Assembly (NCBI GenBank): GCA_030704615.1
Contig: CM060731.1
Span: forward strand, 49,910,001 to 49,974,000
Source of the DNA: Takakia lepidozioides
Taxonomy: Eukaryota; Plantae; Bryophyta
Direction: 5' to 3'
Length of the DNA stretch: 64,000 bases
Shown here: one piece after another, positions 11,973 through 23,673 of the stretch
Numbering within the stretch: the first letter of the stretch is position 1
Layout of the letters: every line of letters begins with the position of its first letter
Program-made: the position numbers and the translations under genes
The notes under the pieces: model-generated
The model's database searches: none
Seen by the model: the letters and a program-made list of their open reading frames with translations, nothing else
What the model was told of the DNA's origin: nothing

Positions 11973-14900
11973 ATGAGTGATGAAAGAGAAGCTAGACGAC
12001 AGAGATATTCAGCAAAAAGAGAAAGCTATCTGAAAGCTAATTATCCATATCTTTGGGAGAGAGGAATAGACATAGGGGAATCATCTGGACCTCTCACACC
12101 ATCAAGATCAAAGAGTGCATCACCTATACCGGAAGAACTAGAGTTGGATGCCACTCCTTCTGTTTCTTTGCAAGAAAGATTAAGGGAATTTGTACAGGAA
12201 GAAGATCAATCACGAGGTGAAAGATCTGAGGTACATCCTTGGATAAAAGACTTGACAGAAATCTTTGATAAGAGTTGGCATGGAACACCAAAAGCAGGAA
12301 CTCCAGTTTCTGAAGCAGAAGGTGAAGAAGGAGAAGAGGATGTGGCAGAGCCAACGGAGAGTTCAGACTCTCCAACACCATTACAGTTGAGTTACATGAG
12401 TGACGAAGAAACCCAAGGGCAGAACTTGGAGGATGAAAACAGAGAGAAGAAATTAGAAGAGGAAGAATATGAAGAAGTAGACCCAACAGCTGAGGTTGAG
12501 ACTACAACCAGGACATCCCAACCCGTTGGACCTGGATCAAGTGGAACACTTGGATCACAGGCCAACGAAGGTGTCGACTCAGGGGGATCAGGCGGGCTGC
12601 CTGGATCTGACTCTGGGGGGACAGGAGTGTGGGAAGTAGTGCAACTGAAGCTGGGAATACTGTGAATATCGTGGGGCCAGAAGCAAGGAGTGCTCAAGGG
12701 CCACCACTTGGTGGAAGATCCACCACAAAAAGAACAGGTCCAGAAGGACCAGCACCAGCAAGGGTGCCAGCACCTGTCAGTGGGCAGAAGGTAGGGCCAC
12801 GGATGGCGTTACAACCAACACGGGCAAAACCACCCTTTCCAATATATTCAGGAAAAGGGGATCCCGATGTACACATTAGCCAATTTGAGCACATGTGTAT
12901 AGTGAACAATGAGAATGGCGATGATGCCAAGATGAGACTGTTTCCTTGTTCACTTATCAAGAAAGCAAGTGAATGGTATGCAAGATTCCCTGATAATCAT
13001 TTCCTAACCTGGAATGGCTTGAATACAGCATTTCGAAATAGGTTCAGGACAAGTAAAACTGAGGATGAAGTGTATGGAAGTTTACAACAGCTGAAGCAGA
13101 AGAAGCATGAAACTGTTGAAGAGTATATGGAGAAGATGGAATTGATGATGAAAAAGCTAGCTGCAGTACCAGCGCCCGGGTTACAGAAGACTTGGTTTGT
13201 GAGTGGACTAAGACCAGAATTGCAAAAGAAAGTGGATATGTTATCCCATAATACAGTGGAGGAGGCATTTGAAACTGCGAACAGAATTGAGCAATTGGGA
13301 ATGCTCAGGAGAGAGAAAAAAGAAGATGAGGACTCTGAGGATGAGTCAGATGAAGAAGAAGAGCAAGAACTAAAAAGAAAGAGTAAGAGAAAGGAGAAGT
13401 TGAAGAGGGATAACTATGAAAAAAAATTGGAAGAAATCTTGAAGAAGTATGCCACAGAGGCTGCAACACATTGGAGGAAGGGTGTATGGTGTGCAAAGTG
13501 CCAGAATGAAGGCCATACCACCACAGAATGCCACATGAAGGAGAAACACTGTACTATCTGTAAAATGGATAACCATTCTACTGAGAATTGTTACTACAAC
13601 AGAAGGACAGCTGCAAGAGAACCTAGGCAAGTAAGGGTGCATCAGGTGCAGCCCCAGCCAAGAAGAAACAATGATCAGGACCACTATGGTAGGTCTGGTG
13701 GTTATAACAATGGCATGGAAGGGAGAGGTAATTCAAGAGGGAATTACCAAGGAAATTCCAGAGGCAACTATCAGGGTAATCCAAGGGGGAATTACCAGCC
13801 CGGGAATCAGGATTATAGAAATAATCCAAGAACAGACCAAGGGCGAGGACCCAATGGTGAAGAGCTATGTTACTATTGTAATCAGCCAGGACATCGCAAG
13901 GCAGCCTGTTCATTCTGGATAAGACACCAGAATGAGATGAGAGCTCCTGTGAATGAGGGCCCAGTGGTGGCAGCTCACATGGTTAGGCCATGTGTTGTAC
14001 CAGAAGTAAGTACAATGATAGTAACAAGAAGTAAAGCCAAACTAATACCTCCAGTAGAAGAGGAAGAAGATGAGAATGGAAGTGGCAATGATATGCCTGA
14101 AGATGAAGAGACTTGGAAAGATGAGAAGGAACTGCACAAGGAAGTGGCAGATACTATAAGGGAAATGCAAAAGAGTACTGATATTCCTGTGGCAGATTCC
14201 TCTGATTCGGATGGAGAAAAAGAAGGGAGTGAGGAAGAAAGGAAAAAAGAAGATGCAGACATGCAAAGTAATGAAGAGACTTTGGCTGCAGTAATATGTC
14301 AGACCAAAGCAGAAATTACCATTGGACAGCTATTAGCTGTGGCACCTTATTGTAGGCACAGGCTGTATCAAGCAATCAATCGAATTGCCCAAGAGACAGG
14401 AAACACAGACCTGAACAGCAAGGTGACCAGTTATAATGTGAAGCCGGAAGGGCGAGAACCAGTCATGGACTTTGATGATTCTATGCCAGTAATCCAATTG
14501 AGAATTGGAAGCACAGAACTAACTGATGTACTGATAGATGGTGGTTCTGGAGTAAATATCATGACAGACCAATTAAGGAAGAAGCTTGGTCTAAGTAACA
14601 TGAAACCAGCCCCATTTACAGTAACAATGGCAGATCAAAGAAGTGTACAGCCATTGGGATTAATAAGAGGAGTTAAGATACAGATACAGAAAATGATCTT
14701 TATGATCACAGTAACTGTATTAAAAATGGATGAAGTCATGGAGGCTTACTCCTTATTATTGGGACGTCCGTGGCTGAAACAGGCCAGGGTATTCCATGAC
14801 TGGAATTCTCAGTTACTAACCGTGCATAATGGGATACACGAGATACAAATTACCACAAAGAAATCTAGTAGATTACCTGCTACAAGAAGACCTCGAGGAG

Positions 14901-17900
14901 TCAGAGAGTATGACTGGAGAGGAGGACTGGATGAGGAGCAGGAAGCTACCCTATTTGCTGCACACCCAGAGTGGGAGCAGGTTGCAGAGATGCGGCTGGA
15001 AAGCCTAAGTTGTTTGAGAGGTATCTGCTGTGGTGTAGTGACAGCAACACCAACTGAAGAAGAAACCAGCATTTACCCATCACATTTCTATGAAGAAAGA
15101 GAAGGAGAAATAGAAATCCTAGAAGAACCAGCCACTGTGAGCTTACAGGATGAAGTGGTGACTGGTTGGACAATCACAGCTGATGAGCAGGTGAGAGAAG
15201 TAAATGTGGGAACTAAAGAGGAACCGAGGATGGTGAAAGTAGGAGCTGATTTGGAGCCGGAATTCTTCGAAGAAGCTAAAAGCTTGTTCATCAAATACAG
15301 AGATGTATTTGCTTGGAGCTATGAGGATCTAAAAGGATACCACCTGAAGTCTGTCAGCATAAGATTGAACTGGAACCAGGGTCAGTACCAATCAAGCAGG
15401 CGAGGTATAGAATGAAACCCAACTACGCACAGAAGGTTGGAGAAGAGATAAAGAAGTTGGCTGAGGCTAAGTTTATATACCCAATAGAGTATACAACTTG
15501 GTTGTCACCCATTGTAATAGTTCCCAAGAAGAATGGCAAACTAAGAGTATGTGTGAACTATAAGAAGCTGAATGCTTGTACGAAGAAAGATCCTTTCCCT
15601 TTGCCATTCACAGAAGCAGTATTAGACACTGTGGCAGGCCATGAGATGTACTCATTCATGGATGGCTTCAGTGGTTATAATCAAGTGCAAGTGGCAGAAG
15701 AAGACCAAGGGAAAACAGCTTTCATCACAGACTGGGGGGCTTATGCATACAAAGTCATGCCCTTTGGACTTTGTAATGCACCAGCGACCTTTCAGAGAGT
15801 GATAAGTGAATCTTTTCATGAGTATCTGGATGATTTCATGCAGGTGTTCTTGGATGATTTCAGTGTGTACAGCTCTAAGAATGAGCACTTGCATAAATTG
15901 GAGTTATGTGGCCAGATGCAGGATGAGAGGTCTGGGCTGAATCCAGAGAAGTGTACTTTCTGTGTGAACTCAGGGGTGCTTCTGGGACACATTGTGTGTA
16001 AGAAGGGACTTCTTGTGGATCCCAGGAAGACAGAGTCCATTAAAGCCTCTCCACCACCAGTGAATGTTAAGAGTTAAGGAGATTCCTTGGGCAAACCAGT
16101 TATTACAGAAGATTTGTCAAAAGGTATGCACAAATAGCAGCACCATTGAGCAAGCTTCTGAAGAAAGATGCAGTGTTTGCCTGGACAGCTGAATGTCAAC
16201 AGGCGTTTGAGGAACTTACACTGTCAGTAACAACTACACCTGTGCTGATTAACCCTCACTGGCATGTAGTATTTCATGTTCACTGCGATGCATCAGGAGA
16301 AGCGTTGGGAGCGGTGTTAGCCCAGAATGTTACAGGAAATATAGATTCACCTGTGTACTATGCTAGCAGGTTGATGAACAGTGCTGAAAGGAACTATAGC
16401 ACAACTGAAAGAGAAGCATTGGCAATGATTTATGCAGTCAAGAAATTCAGGCATTACCTATTGGGAAGAAAGTTTATGTTTTATGTGGATCACCAGGCTC
16501 TGATATATCTGGTGAACAAACCTTTGATAAGTGGAAGGATAGCGAGGTGGTTAATAATCTTGCATGAGTTTGAGTTCGAGGTTATTACAAGCCTGGCCGT
16601 TTGCATCTTGTGGCAGATCATTTGTCACGACTAACAACAGGAGAGGCCGCCACAGGAGTGGACGATCAGTTACCTGATGCGAGTTTATTTGTAATGGAGG
16701 TGCAAGGAAGTGCAGATGAATGGTTAGATTGGCAGTGGCCAATCAGATACTACCTTGCTCATGGTCAGTGCCCACCTAGTTATGGTAAGGAGCAGAGAAG
16801 AAGAGAATCGCTATCAAAGCTTTACCTTATACTATGGTAGGAAGCAGAATGTATAAGTTAGGACCTGATGGAGTACTAAAACGATGCTTGTACCACCATG
16901 AAGTAAATAAAGTTTTGGCGGAAGTTCATAAAGGAGTGGCTGGAGGTCATTTTGGAGAAGAGACTACCAGTAGAAAGATACTACTCGCAGGATACTGGTG
17001 GCCTACTTTGTTCAAAGATGTACACGAGTATTGTCAGAAGTGTGATGAATGTCAGAGGCTAGGACCTTTGCAGAGATCTGGAAGGATGGCCTTGCATCCT
17101 ACAATGCCTACGGAACCATTTCAGAAATGGGGACTAGACTTTGTTGGACCAATTAACCCACCATCCAAGAATACACGAAACAGGTACATAATTACAGCCA
17201 CTGATTATACTACAAAGTGGGTGGAAGCTAAAGCTTTGAGGGACAACACAGCCAAGTCCACAGCAAGGTTCCTGTACGAGAACATACTTACACGATTTGG
17301 CTGTCCCTTAGAATTTATCAGTGATCAAGGAAGTCACTTCATGAATGAGACCATTGAGTTGTTGACTAAAGAGTTTATGATTGTGCATAGAAAGAGTACA
17401 ACATATTACCCACAGGGTAATGGGCAGGCAGAGGCTACCAACAAAATACTATGTACTATCTTGGCTAAGATAGTCAATGCAAACAGAACGGATTGGGATA
17501 CAAAGCTGCTGACAGCTTTGTGGTCATACAGGACTTCATATAAAGTCACCACTAAGTATACACCATTCCAATTAGTTTATGGTATGGAAGCCTTACTTCC
17601 AGTGGAATTCCTGTTACCTACCATGAGAACGGAGTGGGGAAAAAGAATGGAATTGCAAGACTCCATCAAGGTCAGGAAACATGAATTATACCATGTGGAA
17701 GAAGTACGTGCTGATGCAGCTGATAATATGACCAGAATTCAGATGAAGCGAAAGGAACAGTTTGATGAAGGCAAGTTAAAGACTTTTAAGACGGGGGATT
17801 TGGTTCTATGGTTGCAGAAGAAAGGAAAGATTCAAGCTTCTAAGCTTAAATCACCGTGGAAAGGACCTTATGTCATACAAAAGATGTATGATAACAACAC

Positions 17901-18879
17901 CGCCATGTTACAAACCATTAACAAAGAAATGCTGGGAAGAGTCAATGCCAATAAGTTGAAGGGGTACAGTGGTATCCATGACAAACCCCTGCAGCATGAT
18001 TTGCATGTTGAACCGCAAGAGCAGTCACGGGCTGCACCAGTGTTACGAACGGAGTATGGAACACTTGTCGCTAGGCCCAGCATATATGACCAGGGCGGCC
18101 AAAACAAACGTGACACAGCCTATCACAGCCCATCAAGGCAAAGCACAGCCTATCACAGCCCATCACGACGTGACACAGCCTATCACAGCCCAGCAAGGCG
18201 CAACACAGCCTATCACAGCCCAACACGGCGCAACACAGCCTATCACAACCTACCACAGCGTGTCACAGCCTATCACAGCTTACCACAGTGCATCACAGCC
18301 TATCACAGCGTAACACAGTATGACACAGCCTGTCACAGCTCAACACAGCCTACTAAAGTTACACGATCCATAGAATCAGTGACAAGTGGACACATAATAA
18401 CTTCAGGAAAATGGCTGACGGAAGAGGAAACGGAAATTACTTTAAAAATAGACACGTGGAGGTCAGGGCGCGACACACAGCCGAGAAGGAAGTGCAAGAA
18501 CAGGTGTCAAAAAGAAAGAGGACAAGAACGGCCGTCAAAAGGGATGAAAGGCGGGCCCATTAATGAGTACGGAAAAAGGGAAACGGAACGAACGGCAAGT
18601 ACAGAAAAGCGGAATTCTTGTCACATGTGTGATCCTAGTGGACTATCCAACAGGGAAAGTCCACTAAAGAAGATAAAATCTAAAATCCAGTCACAGCGGA
18701 TACAGCCAATAGAAAACCAGAGAAAGGATCAAGAAAATGGAGGGAAATTGAGCGCAAGAGGCGGCGTCGTTCTGAGTAACGGGCGTCTCGACAGGGACAG
18801 ACCATCAATGCTATACCTTGGAAACTATGGAGGAACTAACAGACTATACGCTCGCAATATTACTTACGCAGTGGCATAG
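11973..18879 (+). CDS. Gag-Pol of Ty3 copy 1 (acidic N-extension, Gag with 3 CCHC-like knuckles, protease, RT, RNase H, integrase, repeat tail); several 1-nt frameshifts
   Basis: Gag YSGKGDPDVHISQFE; knuckles CAKCQNEGH, CTICKMDNH, CYYCNQPGH; protease VLIDGGSGVNIM. RT WLSPIVIVPKKNG..MPFGLCNAPATFQR..FLDDF; RH HCDAS..NYSTTEREALA; INT HKGVAGGHF..WGLDFVGP..SDQG..GQAEATN..WKGPYVI. Confidence 0.95.
18111..18350 (+). repeat. Internal CACAGCC array (10-bp period, 30-bp higher-order unit) encoding TAYHSPxRxx x8
   Basis: tgacacagcc/tatcacagcc/catcaaggca/aagcacagcc...; in frame with integrase. Confidence 0.95.
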
Positions 18880-19042
18880 ACACGAAAGGACAGAGCGGAG
18901 CTTTTCTCTTGAGCGATGCTTGCAAGCCCCGCAGGCTTACAAGAAATTACCCATAGCTTTCTGCGGCAACCATACGTTTATGCTTTGTGCACTACAGGCA
19001 TTCCTGCAGTTGTTACAGCCAAAACAGTTCTGTGAGTCTAAA

Positions 19043-22000
19043 ATGAAGAGAGTGAGAGGAATGGAGGAAATCAGGGTGAAGAGCACCACAATTCTGCAGA
19101 AACAAACGATTGCTACCCCACAGGCGATACAGATACTGGAGGAGCTGAGATTGCAAGGATTGCAAAGCTAGATTGGACATTACACCATAGACAGTACATG
19201 TTACAATTTTTGCAGAACTTTGAGCCAAGGACAGGAACAACAACGGTGAAGGGAGTTGAATTAATGATTACTCCCCTATACCTCCAGCAATTGTTTCGAT
19301 TGCCAGCAGGTCAGGTGCATGTGGAGCAACACAGGGCAAGACTGCAAATAGGGACTTATTCCAAGAAGGGAGTTTCTTTAAAACTCAGGGTTATGCTTGT
19401 ACCAAGGCTGTGTACCCAGGGTTAAAAGAGGTAGGCCAGGTATTGAACGTTCTGATTGCCATGAAACAGAACCAACAGTATTTGAGCAGATCCTTCACGG
19501 AGGAAATACTCAAAGGCCTGAAGGGACAAGAGGTACAATGGGCGGACATAATGTACAACGCACTGGTAGAGGAGATGAAAAGATTACAAGGTACTACCGC
19601 AAAGTCTCCTATAATAGTGTCTGGCCCAATCATTGCTCAAATAATCCTTGATTCTGGCATACTTAATGCGCAAGAAAGAAAGGAAATGGGAGTGTTTGAG
19701 CCAGAAACAACTGCAATGGAAGAGCAAGGCTCTTCACACAGTGAGGGTGGACTAGCAGGGCAACCTGAGACTAAGAGGCAGAGAAGGGGAAAGACTGTAG
19801 TGGCGGATCCACTGGCTTCACGGATTCCGCATGATAATGTTTCCCAAGCTCATGGCCAGGAAGGGGCACAGCAGCACAGAGAAATGCTATTACTGGAAGC
19901 AGGACCTTCAGAGAGGGAGGAGGAAGTTACTTCTGCATCACAACCATCACAGCCACTGAACGACTTGTCACAAGGTCACAAGTTATCCATGCAGCTCAAC
20001 CAGAAATAATTGATTTGGAAAGTGAAGGGTTAGATATTCCAACTACAGAACAGATAGTGGCAGAAATAGAGAAGGGGGACCTTCTCTATGAATATTCTGG
20101 TCTGGTCAAGGAGACAGAAATCCCAGAGGTGCAACAGTTGCCCAAGGGAAATCCTGAGGTGCATATAATACACACACCTGTGTCGGAGGTACCACAGGCG
20201 GAAGGTCATGACACTGTAGCACCGGTGATAGATGAAGTAGTTCAGGAAGAAAATCCGGTGGGACAATGGCCTGAATGGTTAGTGAGACATCACACTGTTG
20301 AAGATCAGGAGGAACAGCAGCAACCTCACCATGATGACCCTCAACAGGCAATGCTGATGAGTTCCATAGGCAGGACACTTAATTTGTTGGGGACTTATGT
20401 CAAATCCCATGTTCCAATTACCCAATTGACAGCCTTGAGAGAGGAACTCAGGAAGGAGTTTGAGGCTCGACTAGCCACTGAGTGTGCAAACAAGGTCGAT
20501 GAAGAGGTCACTCTCAAGATGAAGCAGGACTTGGGAAATACAGAAATGGCTTTGCAATTGGCCAAGGAACAATTGATTGAGGCAGGCCTCGCGCAAGACC
20601 AGTTGCACGAAGCACATAAGCAACAGCTATACAAATGCAGGTGCAGCATGAAAGCAAGTTGCAAGATGAATGCACTACATACGGAGTTGCAGACAGTGCA
20701 TAACAGGATGGCGATACAATGTGCTACATTTACAACTATGCTTGACCAATCTACAAAAGAAATAAACAGTCAAGCGGAAAAATGTACGAAGGCAGAAGAA
20801 GAGAATGTTGAGCAAATGAAGCTCATTGTCGATATGAAGAATACAATCTGTCGCAATGAAGATACTTTCAAGCAATACAGGCAGATTGAAGCTGATCAAG
20901 AGAAGCACATCGTGGAGTTGCAACAAACCATCATGGCCAATAGAAATGAAATCGCGGTCAATAACAAGGCTTGGAAGGAAGCCAATAATCTACTTGCTGC
21001 TTATGCGCAATTGGTTGAACCTCAGGCGAAGCGCATGGAGGCTTTACAACAGCAGTTGGAATTGTACAAGCTAAGAGAGGAGCAAACTCTCAGGGGAACC
21101 ACAAGCAACTTGGTGGATAACAGCCTTATGCAGGTCTGGTTAGCACAAGGGCCAGTAGAGGGCAAAGCACCACGGAAGCTCACCCAAAGCGAGATGAATG
21201 AGCTCAGGCTGCAGGTGCAGAACATTGCCACAACTACTATAGACAATGTCTATAGTAGGATAGCAGAGTTACAAGAGGATGTAGACGGACTCCAGACTCA
21301 AGTGGAAGAACTCACTTCAAACATCGACCAAAGAGTCTATATCCCTCAGGAACAGCTAATGGCTTCTTATTTACAAGCCAGAACTTTGGCTTTTCAGTCT
21401 TCACAGGAGGTGCAGGAGATGCCAATGATACAAGAGCCAGTACCACCACCACCACAACAAGTCACTGTACCAGTAGCTGAACCTGTGGTTACTACAACCA
21501 CACCACAGCCACCACAGCCGGAGGTATGGGGCAATGCCGCTTTTAACCCACCTAAAACTCCAGCTGCAAGGGAGTACAGTAGGGCTATGATTATGCCCTT
21601 CAACCAAATTCCCATCATGTTGGATTTGGCTTGGAAAGAATTTAGTCCTCCGCAGTCATTCGCACATTACTACCAAATCATGCGTATTTGGCTGCCAGTG
21701 GCAACTAGGACTAAAGTTCTTCCGAACAATCGACATATTGAAGATCATCACTTTGCACAATACTGGCACGAGGCAGGTACCATGTTGAGGGAATTGATTG
21801 CTTTCCAGGTTGTACATGGACTCATTTATACCAAGACCAAGGAGATAGCAAGTATTGTCATGGGGTGCGGGTTATACTACGCTGCTTGTTTTCTGGTACG
21901 TTACCACATTGAGCAACAAAAGATGCAAACACGCTTTCTGAGTTATTCCAGTGGAGATCATTGGGTATTACCTTCGGTGCCACCTCATATGTACCTATAT

Positions 22001-22588
22001 GACCCAAAAGTTATGATGCAAAAGGATTCTCAAATTCGTTCATGGTTTCAAGCGGCCTGGAACCATTTGTCAACACAGAAATTCGGCATTGATGACATTT
22101 TCTATAAGGGACATGTGGCATGGAAGTACTTGCACGCTGCACCAGTAATTGGTACCCCACTCACCTGGACAGACAAGGAGCTCAGTGTCTACACCAATTT
22201 TGCTGTTCAGCGGTTATACCAAGTTGTAAAATACAAACTTCCAGACATGGTAGGACAGCATTGTATGCCCCAGATGATTCCACAAAAAGTTCGAAAATTA
22301 AAACACCTGAGAGGCGATGAGGATTCTGATACAATTGTTTCTTCACCAAATTCTTTTGACATGGGAGAAGACTATGCAGTTCAGATGGCAGAGAAGAAGC
22401 GAAGGGGGTCTCCTATGCCGGAAAGGTTACCTCCATATCAGCCTCCAGAGGGCCTCACTTATCCAGGTAGTGATCAACCATCTCCGTCAACCAGAGACAG
22501 ACCTCGGGCTCGTACACACAGTCCGCCACGAAACTCTCAACGTCAAGAAGGTGCTCACTCACAAAGGTTTGCTAGTCGAAATCAGTAA
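19043..22588 (+). CDS. Retrotransposon accessory ORF3 (~1180 aa consensus): PMD/Transposase_32-like N-terminal domain, NLS, coiled coil, unknown C-terminal domain; frameshifted in this copy
   Basis: ORF pieces 18818-19171, 19198-19425, 19410-20009 and 20015-22588 join into one frame when compared with copy 2. Motifs FLQNFEP..TVKGVELMITPLYLQQLFRLP, VQWADIMYNAL, KRQRRGK and EIIDLE; long heptad-rich region. Ends 22 nt before the PPT. Confidence 0.7.
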
Positions 22589-22610
22589 ACCGTGAGGACA
22601 CGGCTTTTTG

Positions 22611-22626
22611 AGGGGGGAAGGGGTAA
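22611..22626 (+). promoter_or_regulatory. Polypurine tract
   Basis: AGGGGGGAAGGGGTAA immediately before the 3' LTR; same at 42937-42952. Confidence 0.9.
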
Positions 22627-23673
22627 TGTTAGAGGACTGTCGGGGACTTAGACACTTATACGGGATCTGTAGGGTACCCTTAATTTTTGCACAGACTGAG
22701 ACCAAGAGGAACCTTAGGGGTGACAACAGCGCACTGTAGAGGGGGGTTACACAGCCCAACACAGTCGTCACAGCCAACACAGCCAACACAGCCCGTCACA
22801 ATCGTCACAGCCGACACAGCCAACACAGCCCGTCACAGTCGTCACAGCCAAACACACCCGTCACAGCCGACACAGCCACACAGCCAACACAGCCCGTCAC
22901 AGTCGTCACAGCAGAACACAGCCGACACAGCCAGTCACAGCCCGACACAGTCAAACACAGTCGCACAGCCAGTCACAGCCCGTCACAGTTTCACACAGCC
23001 AGTCACAGCTTGACACAGCTGTCACGATCATAGGGACGAAGAGTAGGACAGGGAACGACTGTGGGGAACAACACCTGCGAAGGGAACATGTTAGTTCACA
23101 GACGACGGTTAGTGAGGGAAACGGTTAGAACCGCGGATAGGAAGATAAAGGGGGAAACGGAGGATTCGGAGGGGACTTCTTGGTGATAGAGGATTCGGAG
23201 GAGGACTTCTTGGTAGGAGAGGAGAGGGGATCGGGTAGAGATGAGGAACGGAAGTGAAGATAGAGAGATGATGAGTAGATGCTTGATATAGGCTTGTATA
23301 TGAAGGCTGTAATGATATTGTAGAGCAGATTAGAGACACAATGGCTTCGGCCTGATACCTGATAAATCATAATCGGATACTTTTACGATACAATCACACT
23401 GTGTAGAGAGATCTGAGTGAAGCTGTGAAATGAATGGATGAGCTGATGGAATCCAATATGTTGATAAAGCAAACTGATACTTAATTATCAATGGTAAGAT
23501 AGCTAACATGAATACCAAAAGGAAAACAAATAGGAAACACCCCCATGATACACTAGCTGTAGGTCATGACTGATTGTTCTGCGCGGGCTGAGTACTTAGA
23601 GATTTCCAACTCTTCTATCTTGGAGTTTCCGCCTCGAATAGCGAAGGGATGGGTGAGTAAAAGCCGCGCGACA
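22627..23673 (+). repeat. 3' LTR of Ty3 copy 1 (1047 bp)
   Basis: TGTTAGAGGAC...GCCGCGCGACA followed by TSD AGGTT. Confidence 0.97.

Larger units (their letters stand above)
10296..23673 (+). mobile_element. Complete Ty3/gypsy LTR retrotransposon, non-chromovirus (Phygy/Selgy-like), copy 1, with extra ORFs
   Basis: TG...CA LTRs at 10296-11363 and 22627-23673; 5-bp TSD AGGTT (10291-10295, 23674-23678); PBS and PPT present. Domain order gag-PR-RT-RH-INT; no chromodomain or extra RNase H seen. Confidence 0.97.

Noticed and set aside
12124-16040. Many minus-strand ORFs within gag-pol
   Set aside because: Antisense shadows of purine-rich coding sequence with no recognisable motifs.
18111-18350. 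CRISPR-like repeat/spacer appearance of the CACAGCCTATCACAGC array
   Set aside because: The 'spacers' are 14 nt, related to each other and to the repeat (10-bp periodic). The context is a eukaryotic retroelement with no cas genes.
19043-22588. Envelope gene
   Set aside because: No signal peptide or convincing transmembrane segment; it has NLS-like and coiled-coil features instead.
22687-23013. Short ORFs across the LTR arrays (also 30717-31019, 43013-43345)
   Set aside because: Low-complexity by-products; the frame differs among LTR copies.
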